A stretch of DNA of 64,000 bases from Squalus acanthias. Its lineage: Eukaryota. The stretch is from NCBI GenBank assembly GCA_030390025.1, contig CM059441.1, positions 21,018,001 through 21,082,000 of the forward strand, in the 5' to 3' direction. The translations under genes were made by a program, and so were the position numbers. The notes below the pieces were generated by a model. It searched no databases. It was not told the origin of the DNA and worked only from the letters and a program-made list of their open reading frames with translations. Positions 46,011 through 60,282 of this stretch are shown here, one piece after another (position 1 is the stretch's first letter; each line of letters begins with the position of its first letter).

Positions 46011-49000
46011 ATCATAGAATCATAGAATCATAGAATGGTTACAGCACAGAAGGAGGCCATTCGTCTCGTCGAGCCCATGCCGGCGCTCTGCAAGAACACT
46101 TCAGCTAGTCCCACTCCCCCGCCCTTTCCCCGTAGCCCTGCAATTTTTTTTACTTCAGCTACTTATCCAATTCCCTTTTGAAAGCCACAATTGAGTCTGC
46201 TTCCACCACCCTTTCAGTCAGTGCATTCCAGATCCTAACCACTCGCTGCATAAAAAAGTTTTTCCTCATGTCGGCTTTGGTTCTTTTGTCAATCACCTTG
46301 AATCAGTGTCCTCTGGTTCCCGACCCTTCCACCAATGGGAAGAGTTTCTCTCTTTCTACACTGTCTCGGCCCCTCATGATTTTGAACACCTCTATTAAAT
46401 CTCCTCTCAACCTTCTCTGCTCTAAGGAAAGCAACCCCAGATTCTCTAGTCTATCCACGTAACTAGAGTCCCTCATCCTTGGAATCATTCTCAACTTCGC
46501 CACTACTCTCTGTTTCCTGTCACTTAGCCAATTTCGTATCCATGCTGCCACTGACCCTTTTATTCCATGGGCTTCAACTTTGCTGGTAAGCCTATTATGT
46601 GGCACTTTATCAAAAGTCAACAGCATTGCCCTCATCAACCCTCTATGCTACCTCATCGAAAAACTCGATCAAGTTAGTTAAACACGATTTGCCTTTAACA
46701 AATCTATGCTGGTTTTCCTTAATTAATCCACACTTGTCCAAGTGACTGTTAATTTTGTCTCTGATTATTGTTTCTAAAAGCTTCCCCACTACCGAGGTTA
46801 AACTGATTGGCCTGTAGTTGCTGGGTTTATGCTTACACCCTTTTTTGAACAAGGGTGTAACATTTGCAATTCTCCAGACCTCTGGCACCACCCTCGTATC
46901 TAAGGAGGATTGGAAGATTATGGCGAGTACCTCCGCGATTTCCTCCTTAACTTCCCTCAGCATCCTAGGATGCATCCCATCCGGTCCTGGTGACTTATCA
47001 ACTTTAAGTACAGACAGCCTTTCTAGTACCTCCTCTTTATTAATTTTTATCTCATCCAGTATCTCCACTACCTTCTCTTTCGCTATGACTTTGGCAGCAT
47101 TTTTTTTCTTTGTGAAGGCAGATGCAAAGTACTCATTTATTACCCCAGTCATGCCTTCTGCCTCCATGCGTAGGTCTCCTTTTTGGTCCCTAATCGGCCC
47201 CATCCCTCCTCTTACTACCCGTTTATTATTTATATGCCTATAGAAGACTTTTGAATTCACTTTTATGTTAGCTGCAAATCTATTCTCATACTCTCTCTTT
47301 GCCCTTCTTATTTTCTTTTTCACTTCCCCTCTGAACTTTCTATATTCAGCCTGATTCTCACTTGTATTCTCAACCTGACATCTGTCATATGCGCTCTTTT
47401 CCTGCTTCATCTTACTCTCTATCTCTTTCGTCATCCAGGGAACTCTGGCTTCAGTTGTCCTACCTTTCCCCCTCATGGGAATGTACCTCGACTATACCAT
47501 CTCTTCTTTAAAGGCAGCCCATTGTTCGATTATTGTTTTGCCTGCCAGTCTTTGATTCCAATTAACCCGGGCCAGATCCGTTCTCAGCCCTCTGAAATTT
47601 GCCTTCCTCCAATTAAATATTTTTACTCTAGATTGCTCTCTGTCCTTTTTCATAGCTAATCGAAACCTTATCATACTATGATCACTGTTCCCTAAATGTT
47701 TCCCGACTGACATTTGCTCCTCTTGACCCACCTCATTCCCCAGAACCAGATCCAGCAATGCCTCCTTCCTCGTTGGACCGGAAACGTACTGATCAAGAAA
47801 GTTCTCCTGAACACACTTCAGAAAATCTTCCTGTAAAGTTTCGCAATTATCGCGATTCGAAATAATACGAGAGAGGCAGATCCGTTTGATCAGTTTTATT
47901 AAACAAAATGCTGTCCTGATTATAAAGGACACAGAAGCCTGTAAAATGGCCACCGCGCATCGTGGCAGAAGCTTCCAGAAATACAGTGGGCAGACAAGAT
48001 GGCGTCGAATATACATTTCAATATAAGATTGGATCATACTCGGTAAACACTGATAAAGACAGGATGCAACCCATTTGCATTTGGAACAATAGCAAAGATA
48101 TAAGTGCTGGAATCATTTTCCATGCACAAGTAAGGACCATTGTACTGGGCAGTCGAAGGCCCATCCAGACACATCAATACACAAATACCCCCACGGCTCT
48201 ACAATGAGAGAGCCATTCACGGGTGATTAAGCAAGTATTCGTGGAGGCCCCAAAACCAGTCAGGGATACGATTCGTACACATCCTGGCTGGGCCAACAAT
48301 GGGGAAAACATTAACGGATAGTTGGCCAGTTTCAGGTGCTACCGAAACCCGTTAAAGGAAAGAATCACCCCATGCTGGGAGTTTTGAGCACCAATATTTC
48401 ACAAAGGACAAACATTAAGATTTGAGCGGGAGAGAAGGGAACACAGCACTATAACTATAGTGAACAAATGTCCATCGGTCTCTTGATTCGACTCTTATTC
48501 TCCGGGGTGCTCTTATTCACTTGCTGCTTCATGGACTCGCTTGACTGGTGAGCTTGTGTGTTTTCTCTGGACTTTGTTGACTCTTAGCCGTACTGGTCGG
48601 TTATTCGAATGTTGGGTGGAGCTCAATCGGAACGAGCCGCCTCGACAAGGGCAAGTGACCGGGTGCACCATGCGGAGTGTCGGTAAATGGTGTCTGGACC
48701 CGAAGGCCCGAAGAGACAAGACGAAACGACAAGAAAAGAAGAAGAATCCACGTGCCGCCACGGTCAGTAAACCCCGACCGCGCCCGAAAATATTATAAAG
48801 AACTCTTCATTGAAATCTGCCGACAACCGGTGTCGGGAACAGGAAGACTCTTCTTTGAATTCTACAAACGTGTCCGAGTTCTGTCGAGTTCTTCATGACA
48901 ACAGAGAGTCTGGCCTGCTTGTCGCAGCAGCGAAGATAAACAAGTGGGGTACAGAGACCCCTCCAAACACGTGACAGTCAGGCGCTGCAGCGAAACGAGC

Positions 49001-50007
49001 CGAGTGCCTCACTTTAAAATTCTCCGAAGTAACACGAGTGGTGAGCATGTTTCCCGATCCTACAAATCTAGACGTAGTGTAGGTATTGTTAAGGGAGGGT
49101 GGTTTTATTAAGGTTAAAGTATAATGTGTTCCCCTTTTTACGATGTGCCGTGCGTTCTTCATTACCATAGACCAAGCTTTATGAATGTATGTATACTTGT
49201 ACTCTCGTTAATTTGCGCCTATGACATGTACTTCATGATTTTGGACGCTATGCGATAAAGATTTCCATTTCGTAATATTTAACTGAGTCTATTTGAGTTT
49301 TCTCTGCATTACTGCTCCTGCACCTAAGTCCAGTGTTAGAACCGTAAGGGCGAGTGGGTCGAACCACTCACAGGTGCTTATTGCAATAAGGCTGGCCGGA
49401 GACCAGAGCAAGCAATAGTATTAGGCAACGAAGGCCTAACCTCGCACCAGCACCATCTGAGACACAGGCACGCAACCCTTACATTCCCCATCTCTGCCCT
49501 TTATACTATTATAATCCCAGTCTATATTAGGATCATTGAAGTTCCCCATTCTCACTACTCTATAATTCTTGCATCTCTCTGTAATTTCCCTGCAAATTTG
49601 CTCCTCGATATCTTTCCCACTAGTTGGTGGCCTATAGAATACACCTAGTAGTGTAATGGCACCTCTATTATTTCTTAACTCTAAACAAATAGATTCTGTC
49701 CTTGACCCCTCCAGGGCATCCTCTCTCTCCAGCACTGTAGCATACTCCTTAACCAATACTGCCCTCCCACCTCCTTTCTTTCCTTCCCTATCTTTCCTGA
49801 ACACCTTATAACCAGGAATATTTAAAACCCAATCCTGCCCTTTTTTGAGCCAGGTCTCCGTTATCGCCACGGCATCATATTTGCGCCTACAGCTCACCAA
49901 CCCTATTTACCACGCTTCGTGCGTTTACACACACGCACTGTAAACATATCTTAGACCTTCTTGTATTCTCTCTTAGTCTGACCCCACCTAATACCTTACT
50001 ATTTCTC
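46011..50007 (-). mobile_element. CR1 LINE duplicate
   Basis: Duplicate of 11847-17496. Confidence 0.92.
47832..49483. mobile_element. Uninterrupted solo-LTR-like family A element (1652 bp)
   Basis: TGTAAAG...CCCTTACA with TSD TTCC. Confidence 0.9.
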
Positions 50008-51387
50008 AGCAGGAATGGATAAATGCCGACCCAAGCCAGGTATTTATGCTGAATTGCGAGGTGAGCTCGAACACAAGTCAAAAAAACTCAGTCAAATGTT
50101 GGGATTGGCAGGAAAATTCAATCTGCTCTCCTTCCCACAGAGTGCTGGGTATGTAAATTAGATTCACAGATGAAGCAGTTAATGGAGTGCTTATTAACAG
50201 CATGAAGAATATCTGGCCAAGCAGTCGGAGATCCTGTAAAGTGACATGGTCTGTGTCAAAACCACATCCTGGTAGACATGCACTCAGCCGCTTTCTCAAT
50301 GTCCGTTCCTCTGTGGCAAACAATTGCAGGGCAAGGTCCTGCTGCAAAATTCCTCCCCAACCCCACCGTAGGATAAACATCCCATTTGCTCTGGAATGGT
50401 CCAGGGATCTGCCTGCAATATGTAGATAAGCCTGACCCTGGGATTTCCACCCTTCCCGCCCAAGTCCTGCCCAGGAATTGTGCTTAATGGGCAGATGCCC
50501 AAAACCACCAGTGGGACCTCGAATGCCGCAGGGTGCACTGGCCACAATATCCTGTTTATTAACATTAATGGATGGTGGCGTGGGCTCTCAGACAATTCCA
50601 CCCATCATGTACCTCCAGAATGGAGGTCACAGCTGACCATTACTGTCACTGGCTGTGCCAGCTTTATGCTGCATGTTAGCTGCAGATGTCCTTGCAGCAG
50701 AAGGCACAGCTCTACATCTGTCTCTTTGATGAACTGTAGACAATTGCTGCCAGGAGGGTGGTCCAATGCCTGCGGATATGCTTGTTGACATCTTGGGATG
50801 TCCGGCCAAGCCGGCTGTGCTTGCTATTGAATCACCCTGACATGTCTTATTTCCTGTAATATTGCAGGCAAATATAACGGCTCACAATGTCCGGAAAAAA
50901 TAACGATGTGTGAACAACTCACACCTTTATTAATGTACAAATCAGCCAGCAACTTGTGGCAATGAAGAGACACCCCATTGAAAAGATTCAAGGAGGGGAT
51001 CGAGGGACGCTGCTGGAAAATAAATCTAGCACTCACATCCCTCTTCAGCAATTTATAAATCCACCCCTTTAGGTTTGGTCCACCGGAATATAAATACTCA
51101 AATTTTGGGTCTAATCTCCTGGTGGCCTCCCATCCTCGACCCTCCGCAAACTTCAGCTCATTTAAAACTCTGTCGCTCCCATCCTATCCCACACCAAGTT
51201 CCACTGACCCATCTTTCTCCAGTTGCTTCCCGGGGTTGGGCAGATCACTGTGAGCAACTATTGAACATACACAAGCGACTTCTTGCATTTCTGTCTTCAC
51301 GTTCCTTGTCGTTAACCACCACAGACACAAGCATCTTGTGTTCTCGAACTGCCAAAAATAAATTCATATCAGTTCAATGAGATTTAG

Positions 51388-51810
51388 GAGTCAGGCAAGT
51401 GTCTGTGGGTAGCACTCACACCTCTGAGTCAGAAGGCTGGCGGTTCATGTTCTACTCCAGAGACTTGAGCACATAATCTAGTCTGAAACTCCAGGGCCGT
51501 ACTGAGGCAGTGCTGCACAGTCAGAGGTGTCAGCTTTTGGGCCCCATTTGCCCTCTCAGGTGAACATAAAAGACCCATGGCACTATTTCAAATAGAAGCA
51601 GGGGAGTTCTCCCTCAACCAGCAGCACGCAAACAGATTATCTGGTCATTATTGCATTGCTGTTCGTGGGAGCTTTTGTGCGCAAATTAGCTGCCACTTTT
51701 CCTACATTACAACAGTGATACATTTCAATATTACTTCATTGGCTGTAAAGTGCTTTGGGACATCCTGAGGATGTGAAAGGCGCTATATAAATGGAAGTTC
51801 TTTCTTTCAA
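51388..51810 (+). mobile_element. DeuSINE duplicate
   Basis: Duplicate of 18880-19300. Confidence 0.72.
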
Positions 51811-52157
51811 ATCATTGACAATAAGCAAATCCCAAATAAGCCAGGATTTAAATGGTGCAGCTCCCTCAGTGGAACAACAACATTTCTAAGTAACAAAAAC
51901 CTCGCATTGTGGACATTCAGGAAACCTCAGTAGCCTCTGACTCAGAAGGTCATGGATTCAAGCCCCATCCAAGACTTGTGCACAAACTCTCCGCTGACAC
52001 TTGAATGCAGTGCGAACTTTCAGATACGATGTTGCGGTTCTGTCAGTCTGTTCAGGTGGCATAAAAGATCCCATTGCACAATTCAAAGAAAAGCAGGGTA
52101 GTTCCACTCGTTCCCTCACCTGTATTTATCATTGAACCAACACCATCAAAAGATATT

Positions 52158-55100
52158 GGGGGAGAAATTCGGTATCGCCCCGTTTGGAGTGCAATTATCG
52201 GCCGGGCGCAAAGTTTAGCGCCTGGCGCTATTTATCCCCTCCGACTGCAAACTTGGCTTTTATCGCCCCGGAGGTGATTGGAGCGCTAAATCAGGCGCTG
52301 CACTCCTGTCTTAAGGCGCAAAGGCTGAGGAGCGAGGCGCTAACTCAGAGCGCGGGCGCAGAGCAGGTGATGTCAGTTAGCGATGGAACACAGACACACT
52401 GGCGCCGGCCAGTTCTTAAAGGGGAGAGTCGATCTTGCTCTCCAGCCACACCCTGCTCCTTGGAGCCTTGAATCTCGGCCTGGAGAGACCTGTGCCTACA
52501 TTTCCAGCCAAGGTGGAGAGGGTGAGAGAACGAGCTCAGCGCTTCAGCGAGCGGGCCTTCGAGGCTCTGGTTGACGCAGTGGAGCGCAGAAGATCTATAC
52601 TCTACCCTGAGAGTGGCAGGAGGCCTTTGACGTGCAACTACAGAAGAGTGTGGAGGGAGGTGGCTCAGAGCGTCTCCTCCAGGAGCATGGTGCCCAGGAC
52701 CCATACTCAATGTCGCAAAAAGTTCAACGACCTCACTCGGGTCGTCAGGGTGAGTGGCTTTTTTTCAATACCTCTCCATCCCTCCATTTCAACCTCACTC
52801 TATGGCCAGAGGGTCTTAAAACCCCAATGCCCAACACTCATCCAACACCTATGGCCCTCTCATGAAACACACACGCACATTTCACACCTTGCATACAGTA
52901 AGGGTTATTCAACTATGGGAGGCACATCAGGCAAGACAATGGCTGTATATTGTAAGGGCTATTCAACTATGGGAGGCACATCAGGCAAGACCATGGCTGT
53001 ATATTTACTCAGACGCCGTCCTTTTTTTGCAGGCCTTTCTATCTCATAACAGGAGACAGCAGCAATGGATGGGTGGAGGGCGGCCTCTGCTGCAACCCCT
53101 CAGCGATCTTGAGGCGTGTGTCCACAGGATTGTGGCAAGACAGGTGATTGGTCCTGTTGCTCCTGGAGGTTCGACCCCGTTTGGGACAGCAATGGTAAGG
53201 TCATCAGCTTTCTCTCCTCTCTCATTCTACTTGTCCCTCACAACACCAGCCTTTGACACTTTCAATCCAACTTACTAAATTGCTCCACTCCTTCCTCCCT
53301 TACTGCCCCCCTGTCCTCACGCTAAAGCCACTCTTGTACCTCCCTGCTTTCAGATGGTGATTCGCCAGCTGAGGAGACAGGCCTTCAAGCTGCCAGTGAG
53401 AGCGAAGCCGCAGGCGAGAAGGAAGAGGAAGCCGGAGCCTCAGTGCCACCCTTTCCCGAGGAAGCCCATGCCCACACTGGGACCGTGTCTTCCCTGGAGG
53501 GGAGCAGGTGTGAAGGGTCTGATGAGGGTGAAGCTCCGGGACCCAGCGGGCTGCATCAACGCGATGTGGCTAGGGAAGCTCGGGGGCCTTCTCCCCGGAG
53601 GGAGAGTAGGCCATCGAGTCCTGCTGCACTGGACGCAGAGGAGGAGCGGCTCATCGCTGAAATGAACACCCAGGCGGTGGACATGCACACTCAGCTCATG
53701 GGTGCAGTGGGAAGGGTGCCCGAAACCATTGATGCACTGGCAAGGAGTGTGGAGCACTACGCTGTAGCACAGGCGGATGCCACGCAAAAGCTTAGTGCTG
53801 CAATTCAGTCACTGGCTGCCATGATCCAAACTGAGACTGGTCTCATGCAGTCTCAGATTGAGGCCATGCAAGCACTGACTGCTGCCATTGTGGCTGGTTC
53901 GGACACATTTCTCCGGGGCTCTCACCGCGCCGCAGCAGGCCAGCATTCTGTGCTCCAGCAGATTGCTCCGGATGCTGAGGTGCTGCCCCGTGGGAGTGCC
54001 AGTGTGACGGCCGAGCAGGGAGGTGCTGTCCTCTCTCAAGATGACAGCATTCCTGCTGCCACCACTGTCACTTCCCCATTGCACTTATGTAGGGTGTGGT
54101 GGTTTGTGTCAGCTTCACCTCTGACTTCTGAGCGGTTCGAATCGCTCCCACTCCCTTGGTTGTAGACACTGGACTTATTTGGGGGTTGTGATGAAAAGTG
54201 CAGCAGACAACTGAGTTTGATGCAAGAACTTTGATCTCTATTTAAGAAAGTAAAACACAACACAAACACTCTTAACACTCTAAAGGTGGGGAACACTTCG
54301 GTACAAGCGAGGGAAATAACATTAGAAGAATACTTCACCCCTCCCAATCCCAGTTTACTAGCTAAGTTGGGCTGTGGAGGACCAGGGATAATGCTCACCA
54401 AACAAATCCTTGACAGTTGAGAGTTAGGGTTTAGAGTCTTTTGAGTAAAAGTTTCGTAAGGCCCTTGTTGCCGCGAGGTGTCCGATGGTCACTGGAACTG
54501 TTGCTCTGGTTTCTTCTTGCGTGTCGGCCTGCTTCTGGAGCTGCTGGCCTTCTTTGTTGAACTTCTTTCTGTTGCACTCTGCCTCTGTTTTAAACTGTCT
54601 TCTTCCGAGCTGTGGAACTGCCTTCTTGCAGAACTGTGGAACTGCCTTCTGCCGGACTGCTTGCTGAACTCTTTGCTGCTGTATAACTCTACTGGAGAAC
54701 TCGAACTTGAACTGTTGTAACTGCTGAACTTTGCTTCTCCTGATCTCTGTAACTCCAGCACTGACTTCTGCTGAAAACAGGCTTTCAATTGAACTCGAAA
54801 CTGCAGAACTGCCTTCTGTTGAACTTGAACTGTTTTACTGGAGAACTTGCTGTAACTGCTGAAACTGACTTCTGTACTGGAGAACTCGAACTGCTGAGAA
54901 CAGACCTTTAGTTATACCCATTGAAGGTTCCTTATCTGTGCATTGTAAGATTTTTGGAGGGCTCGTTAACGGTAACGACTTTAATACGTGTCAAATGGCT
55001 TGCGTCCTGTCGATCTCCTTGGTTGATTACAGTTGATTGGTTTTGTGTTTGGTTTTCTAGGCTGGACTCGGTCTTTCTATAGAAATCGGTCTGAGTGATT

Positions 55101-55485
55101 TGTATTATGCATGTTTCTGATGGGCCCTGTAATCGGTTTTGATGGGGCTTGAGTTTTGGGTGGGACTGCCTTCTCCCAGAGTCTATTGTCCAAATGTTAA
55201 TGTCTGCTGGGGCTTGAGTGAGATCATCCTGGTTCCCCCAGACAGTGTAATTAACTGCAATAGCCAAACTGCTTTTACAGAGGTCGACCCACCTCCTTGT
55301 CCCTTTACAGGCCCAGACATGTCTTTTAAAATGGCCAAAACTTGGTTTTTGGTCTTAAATTCCTTATGTTAGGCCCAAATGCATTTTTATCACTCTGAGG
55401 TAGTTCCAAAGTCCTTTTTCCTTAGGTTTTGGGGTTCTGCAAATTTTGAGAATCTTACACTTCCCACCGCCTGTAGCCCAGACTG
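52158..55485 (+). mobile_element. Harbinger element B duplicate
   Basis: Terminus GGGGGAGAAATT. Exon 3 ORF 53443-54165 lacks the 38-bp deletion. Confidence 0.85.
54088..55459 (-). mobile_element. Solo-LTR-like family B duplicate
   Basis: Duplicate of 21541-22910. Confidence 0.82.
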
Positions 55486-55509
55486 AGCGTAGAATTGCTG
55501 GCATCTGGC

Positions 55510-57398
55510 GTCTGATCCAGCACCGCGCCCTCTACAGGCGGTCTGTGGCATCGCTAAGCAGCACAAGAAACAGCGAGGTTCTTCAACCAATCAGATTGAA
55601 GAATCCTCACTGAGACACGCAGAGGGTTACATTGGATAACCCCTCAAAATGCACGCAGGGATCGCGATACACGATTAACCCGTGTCCGTTAATTGCAATG
55701 CAGGCAGAGCACCAGCTTCGTGCTGTCTGTTCATTTCCATGATTTCTGTGTGCAGCCAGCGCTGTTCATTGGCTGCGCGCATCAGCAGGGGGCCAAATAT
55801 CATGAGTGCCTAGTACTACTTAAAGCTGGCCTGCACCTCTTAAAGGGGAGGTGCATTGTGGCTGGTGGTGCTGCTGCGATCATTCTGAATATTGTGCAAT
55901 GGGAGAATCAACAATGGCTGACCATGGGAGAGAGTATGCACCGTGGTTTGTCGGACGCTTCAATGGAGGTCCTGGTAGAAGAGGTGGAAAGAAGGACCAA
56001 TATCCTGTATCCTCAGGGGGGAGGGATGCCCTCCAGACATATGCTCAGAAGGCAGCGGGAAGAGATCGCGGCGAAGGTCAAAGCCAGGAGCGTAGCCCCA
56101 AGCATATGGTTATGGTGCAGGAGGAGGTTCAATGATCTCACATGAGTTCTCAAGGTCAGTGAGTCCGTCTTCAAATGCTCTAGCCTACCAACTGCACTAC
56201 TAGCCTCATCCAGCATTCAATTCACTAAACCCCATCACTCACCTGCCAACAATCTCAATCAATCAGGACTCATACCTAATATATGCTTTACCTCATCCTC
56301 AAACAGTTAGCACTGCTGCAAGCAAGCCTCGCACCCACATCTCAAAGCTTGCACACACTGGCAGCTAGTCAACCATGACAGCCACATCACCCAAACATAT
56401 TGCATGACATTCACTGATAAACTTCCCTCTTTCTTGCAGGAGATGGTGGCAAACAACAGGAGGTGGCAGGAATTAATGGGGGATGGAAAGGCACGCCTGC
56501 ATTTTTTAACCCCCATGGAGGAGACAGTGCTGGCCATTATGGGAAGGGACATTGCTGAGAGCCCTTCCAGCCTCATCCAGCTCTCTCTTCTAGCAGCTTG
56601 TCCTGCTGTGAGTGGCCTCTGCTCAATCTCCCAGTCATACACAATGCCAACAGGAAGCCCTACTAGGCCACCCATGCCTGGAAGCAACTGGTTTCTGCAC
56701 AAGCCTTTAAGTCACCAAAAAAGTACTTCAGCACCAGTCAGACCTCTCCCTGTAGACTATTGAAACTTTAAACAAGTATTGGACAGCACCCAAAACACGT
56801 AGAATTGCTGCAACAGCTGAACAGGTGATACATGTGAGCCCAATTTCGCTCCCGCAGAGTCCAAACCAGGAAGTATAGACCATGAAGTATAAATTAGAGT
56901 TAAAACATGTACAGAAAGCAGAATAATATTAAGAGAGCGAGATAAAAGAGACAGACAGAAACAGTAAAAAAATTATTTTAATTTTTATTTTTTTTAAAGT
57001 CTCCAACACCAATTAAATTCTGAAGGAATGAGACTCCACAATTGTGAAATTAGATTTTCAGGGCCAGAGAGGTTGTTTTGCAGTAATAATGACTGTTCAC
57101 ACCATTGAAATGCACTTACACCTGAATGCACCAGTCCTAACTTTTCTACTGTGTTTAGTGGGTAACTAGTGGGCAAGAACCACAAAATCACGCTCTTACA
57201 TTGATTTCAATGCCAAGTCTATCGGCGAGGTACCGATGTAGCACAGCCTGTGGAGGAGCAGGGTAAGTCGGACCGCAACCGCTGGGTTTCCACATTTAAC
57301 AGCGCGTGTGCGTACTCCGGACGTTGCTGTCCCATTTATTCCAAAATTACAGTGAGGGTTGTTAGCCTCGCCATTATTCTCAACGAAAAATCTGGGCC
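55510..57398 (+). mobile_element. Harbinger-derived element D duplicate (no CR1 insertion)
   Basis: Duplicate of 22960-25484. Confidence 0.7.
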
Positions 57399-58929
57399 AT
57401 TGCTCCATCTCATGTAAAAGTGCAACACATTATGAGAGCTATTGGTTTGCAGTGAATGAATAAGTCAAGTTGCCTATTTCTTACAGATTATTGTTCATGT
57501 GTTAGTGATATTTTCAGGCTTAAAAATTGACAAAAATATGAAACAAGAATTCAAGTTGTGCAGACAGGTAGTGGACACACAGATAAATTATTACTAATCT
57601 TTACAGGCCTCTATCAGGTCACCCCTCGGTCTTCTATTCTCTATAGATATTTAAAATGCATTCCTAGACAATGCTGGTGGAGTTGTCTGGAACAGTTCTA
57701 ACCATCACCTCTCAATCTTACCACTGATGCCTGTTTTCAAAAGTCAACTTAAAAAAAGAAAACCAGTCCTTTATTTTCAAAACATATTATGCAAAACCAT
57801 TTATACTTGTTCCGTGAGGGAAGCATGTTGTCTTGTTTGAACCTTGTGTTGAGACATCTAAGGGACACTTTGTGAGACATTGGAATGGGGAGGTTGTGTG
57901 ATGGTGTGGGTGAAAAGCGTCTCAAAGCTGTGGGCAAGCTTGTGGTTTGTTTTGGTTGCTTAATTTTCCCATTGTTATTGTTACAAGATTCTGAGGGGGA
58001 TTGACAGGGTAGATGCTGAGAGGTTGTTTCCCCTGGCTGGAGAATCTAGGACTAGGGGGCATAGTCTCAGGATAAGGGGTCAGCCATTTAAGACTGAAAT
58101 AAGGTGGAATTTCTTCACTCAGAGGGTCGTGAATCTTTGGAATTCTCTACCCCAAAGGGTTGTGGATGCTGAATCATTGAGTATATTCGCTGAGATAGAT
58201 AGATTTTTGGACTCTTAGGAATCAAGGGATATGGGGATCGGGCAGGAAAGTGGAGTTGAGGTTGAAGATCAGCCATGAGCTCATTGAATGGCGGAGCAGG
58301 CTCGAGGAGCCGTACGGCCTACGCCTGCTCCCAATTCTTATGTTCTTAAGATGTAGATAGAGAGACAACAACTTAAAGGATGTAACCGTTGTTTTGGTTC
58401 TGATTTTGCTCCACTAATTAAATGTTCAAGTTGATTTAATGCGGAAATCCATTTTATTCTGTACAATTGTTAAACAAAATGTACAAAGCTGGATGAATAA
58501 TAAAAATTTTGATCACGACACACAATTCCATCAAGGTCGATGTAACCAGGGAATCTTCATTTTACCACATTGTTCAAGCTGTGATGATCTGATTCATTGA
58601 TGAACTGAAAAAGAAAATATTTAAGGCATCAGATTCATTGATACTGAGAACAATGCATTATTTTACATGTCAGGTCTGAACAGAATCCTGGAACTGGCAA
58701 CAAATTGAGGAAAAGCTTGTGATGGGCTGGAGCTGTGTTGAGATCACACTCCTCCCTCCCCCAGCACTATTGCACGTGTGATGGGAAAAGGAGCAAGTTG
58801 TGTTGCTCTTGAATACATGTAGCACCATTTTCTCACAGGCAACAAATGTTTCCCAGCAGCTGTGATTGTGGACAGTTGGCAACAGAAAAATATTGACTTG
58901 GCTACTTTATTAAATACATTTTCGATAGT

Positions 58930-59079
58930 CTAGTCGAGGTTGCCAGCAACAAATGCATTGTTGCTCGACTGGATAAATATGCCTCTGTGTTCTTGTGTGA
59001 AAACTGCTATCCCTGGTTCCCTACAGGAAAGTGCTTTTTTTAGCCTTTTCCATTTCATCCCTTCCTTTTCTTGTAACGA
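58930..59079 (-). CDS. Gene C putative last coding exon (49-aa tail variant)
   Basis: Same acceptor as 27167, but an A7 instead of A8 run gives SLQEKEGMKWKRLKKALSCREPGIAVFTQEHRGIFIQSSNNAFVAGNLD*. Confidence 0.4.
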   Translation of the reverse strand, partial: SLQEKEGMKWKRLKKALSCREPGIAVFTQEHRGIFIQSSNNAFVAGNLD

Positions 59080-60282
59080 CTGTTAATAACAATGGAATGA
59101 AAGTTGGGAGAATTCTATAATGGGCGGGTTACATGGGAACATAGCAGCAGGAGCAGCCCATTCAACCCCTCGAGCCTGATCTGCCATTCAATTAGATCAC
59201 GGCTGCTCTGTACCTCAACTCCATTTACTCGCCTTTGATCCATATCCTTTGATATCCTTACCCAACAAAGATCTCATGATCTCAGCTGTGAAAATTTGAA
59301 TTGACCCAGCAACCACTGCCTTTAAGAATAGCAAGTTCCAGATTTCCACAGCCCTTTGTGTGAAGAAGTGATTCTGAATTTCACTCCTAAATGGTTTAGC
59401 TCTAATTTTTAGATTATGCCCCTTGTACTGGATCCCCCCACCGAGCAAATCTGACCCAGGCTCTGTACAACTGAAACATCACTTCTTCATTTTTGAATTC
59501 CAATCCCCGTAAAATAAAGGCCAACATTCCATTAGCCTCTTTGATTACATTCGTATCTGTGCATTAGCTTTTAGTGACTTGTGTACATGGACACACAAAT
59601 CTCTTTACTCCTCCACATCTTCTAGTCTCTCGCAACTAAGAAAATATTCCGATTTGTCTTTCTCTGATCCAAAGGGGCTGAACTCACACTTCCCCACATT
59701 GAACTCTATCTGCCATAGTTTTGCCCACTCACTTAGTCTTTCAATGTCCTTATGTAGATTCCGCTCTAGAACGGGTGGGTGATCGCTCTGCAGAATTACT
59801 GCCTATGCTGTGAAGATGATACGTTACCCCAGTGACACCAATTAGAAATAAAACGCTTGTCACATGGAGTTCTTTAACTGTATTGAGCCTGTTTGGCCAG
59901 GGACTTCACCACATAATCTAGGCTGGCACTTCAGCGCCGTACAGAGGTAGCGCTCTGTTGTCAGATGAAACGTTAACTGAGGGCCCCGTCTGCTTGTTCA
60001 GGTGGACATAAAAGATCCCACGGCACTATTTGAAGAAGAGTAGAGGAGTTTGCCCAGAGTCCTGGCCAAAACAGATTATCTGGTCATTTATCTCCTTTGC
60101 TGTTTTTGGGACTTTGCTGTGTGCAAATTGTCTGCCCCTTTTGCCTACAGAACAACAGTAACACTTCAAAAGTAACTCATTGGATGTAAAGAGCTGTAAA
60201 GTTTCGCAATTATCGCGATTCGAAATAACATAAGAGAAGCAGATTCGTTTGATCAATTTTATTAAACAAAATGCTGTCATGA

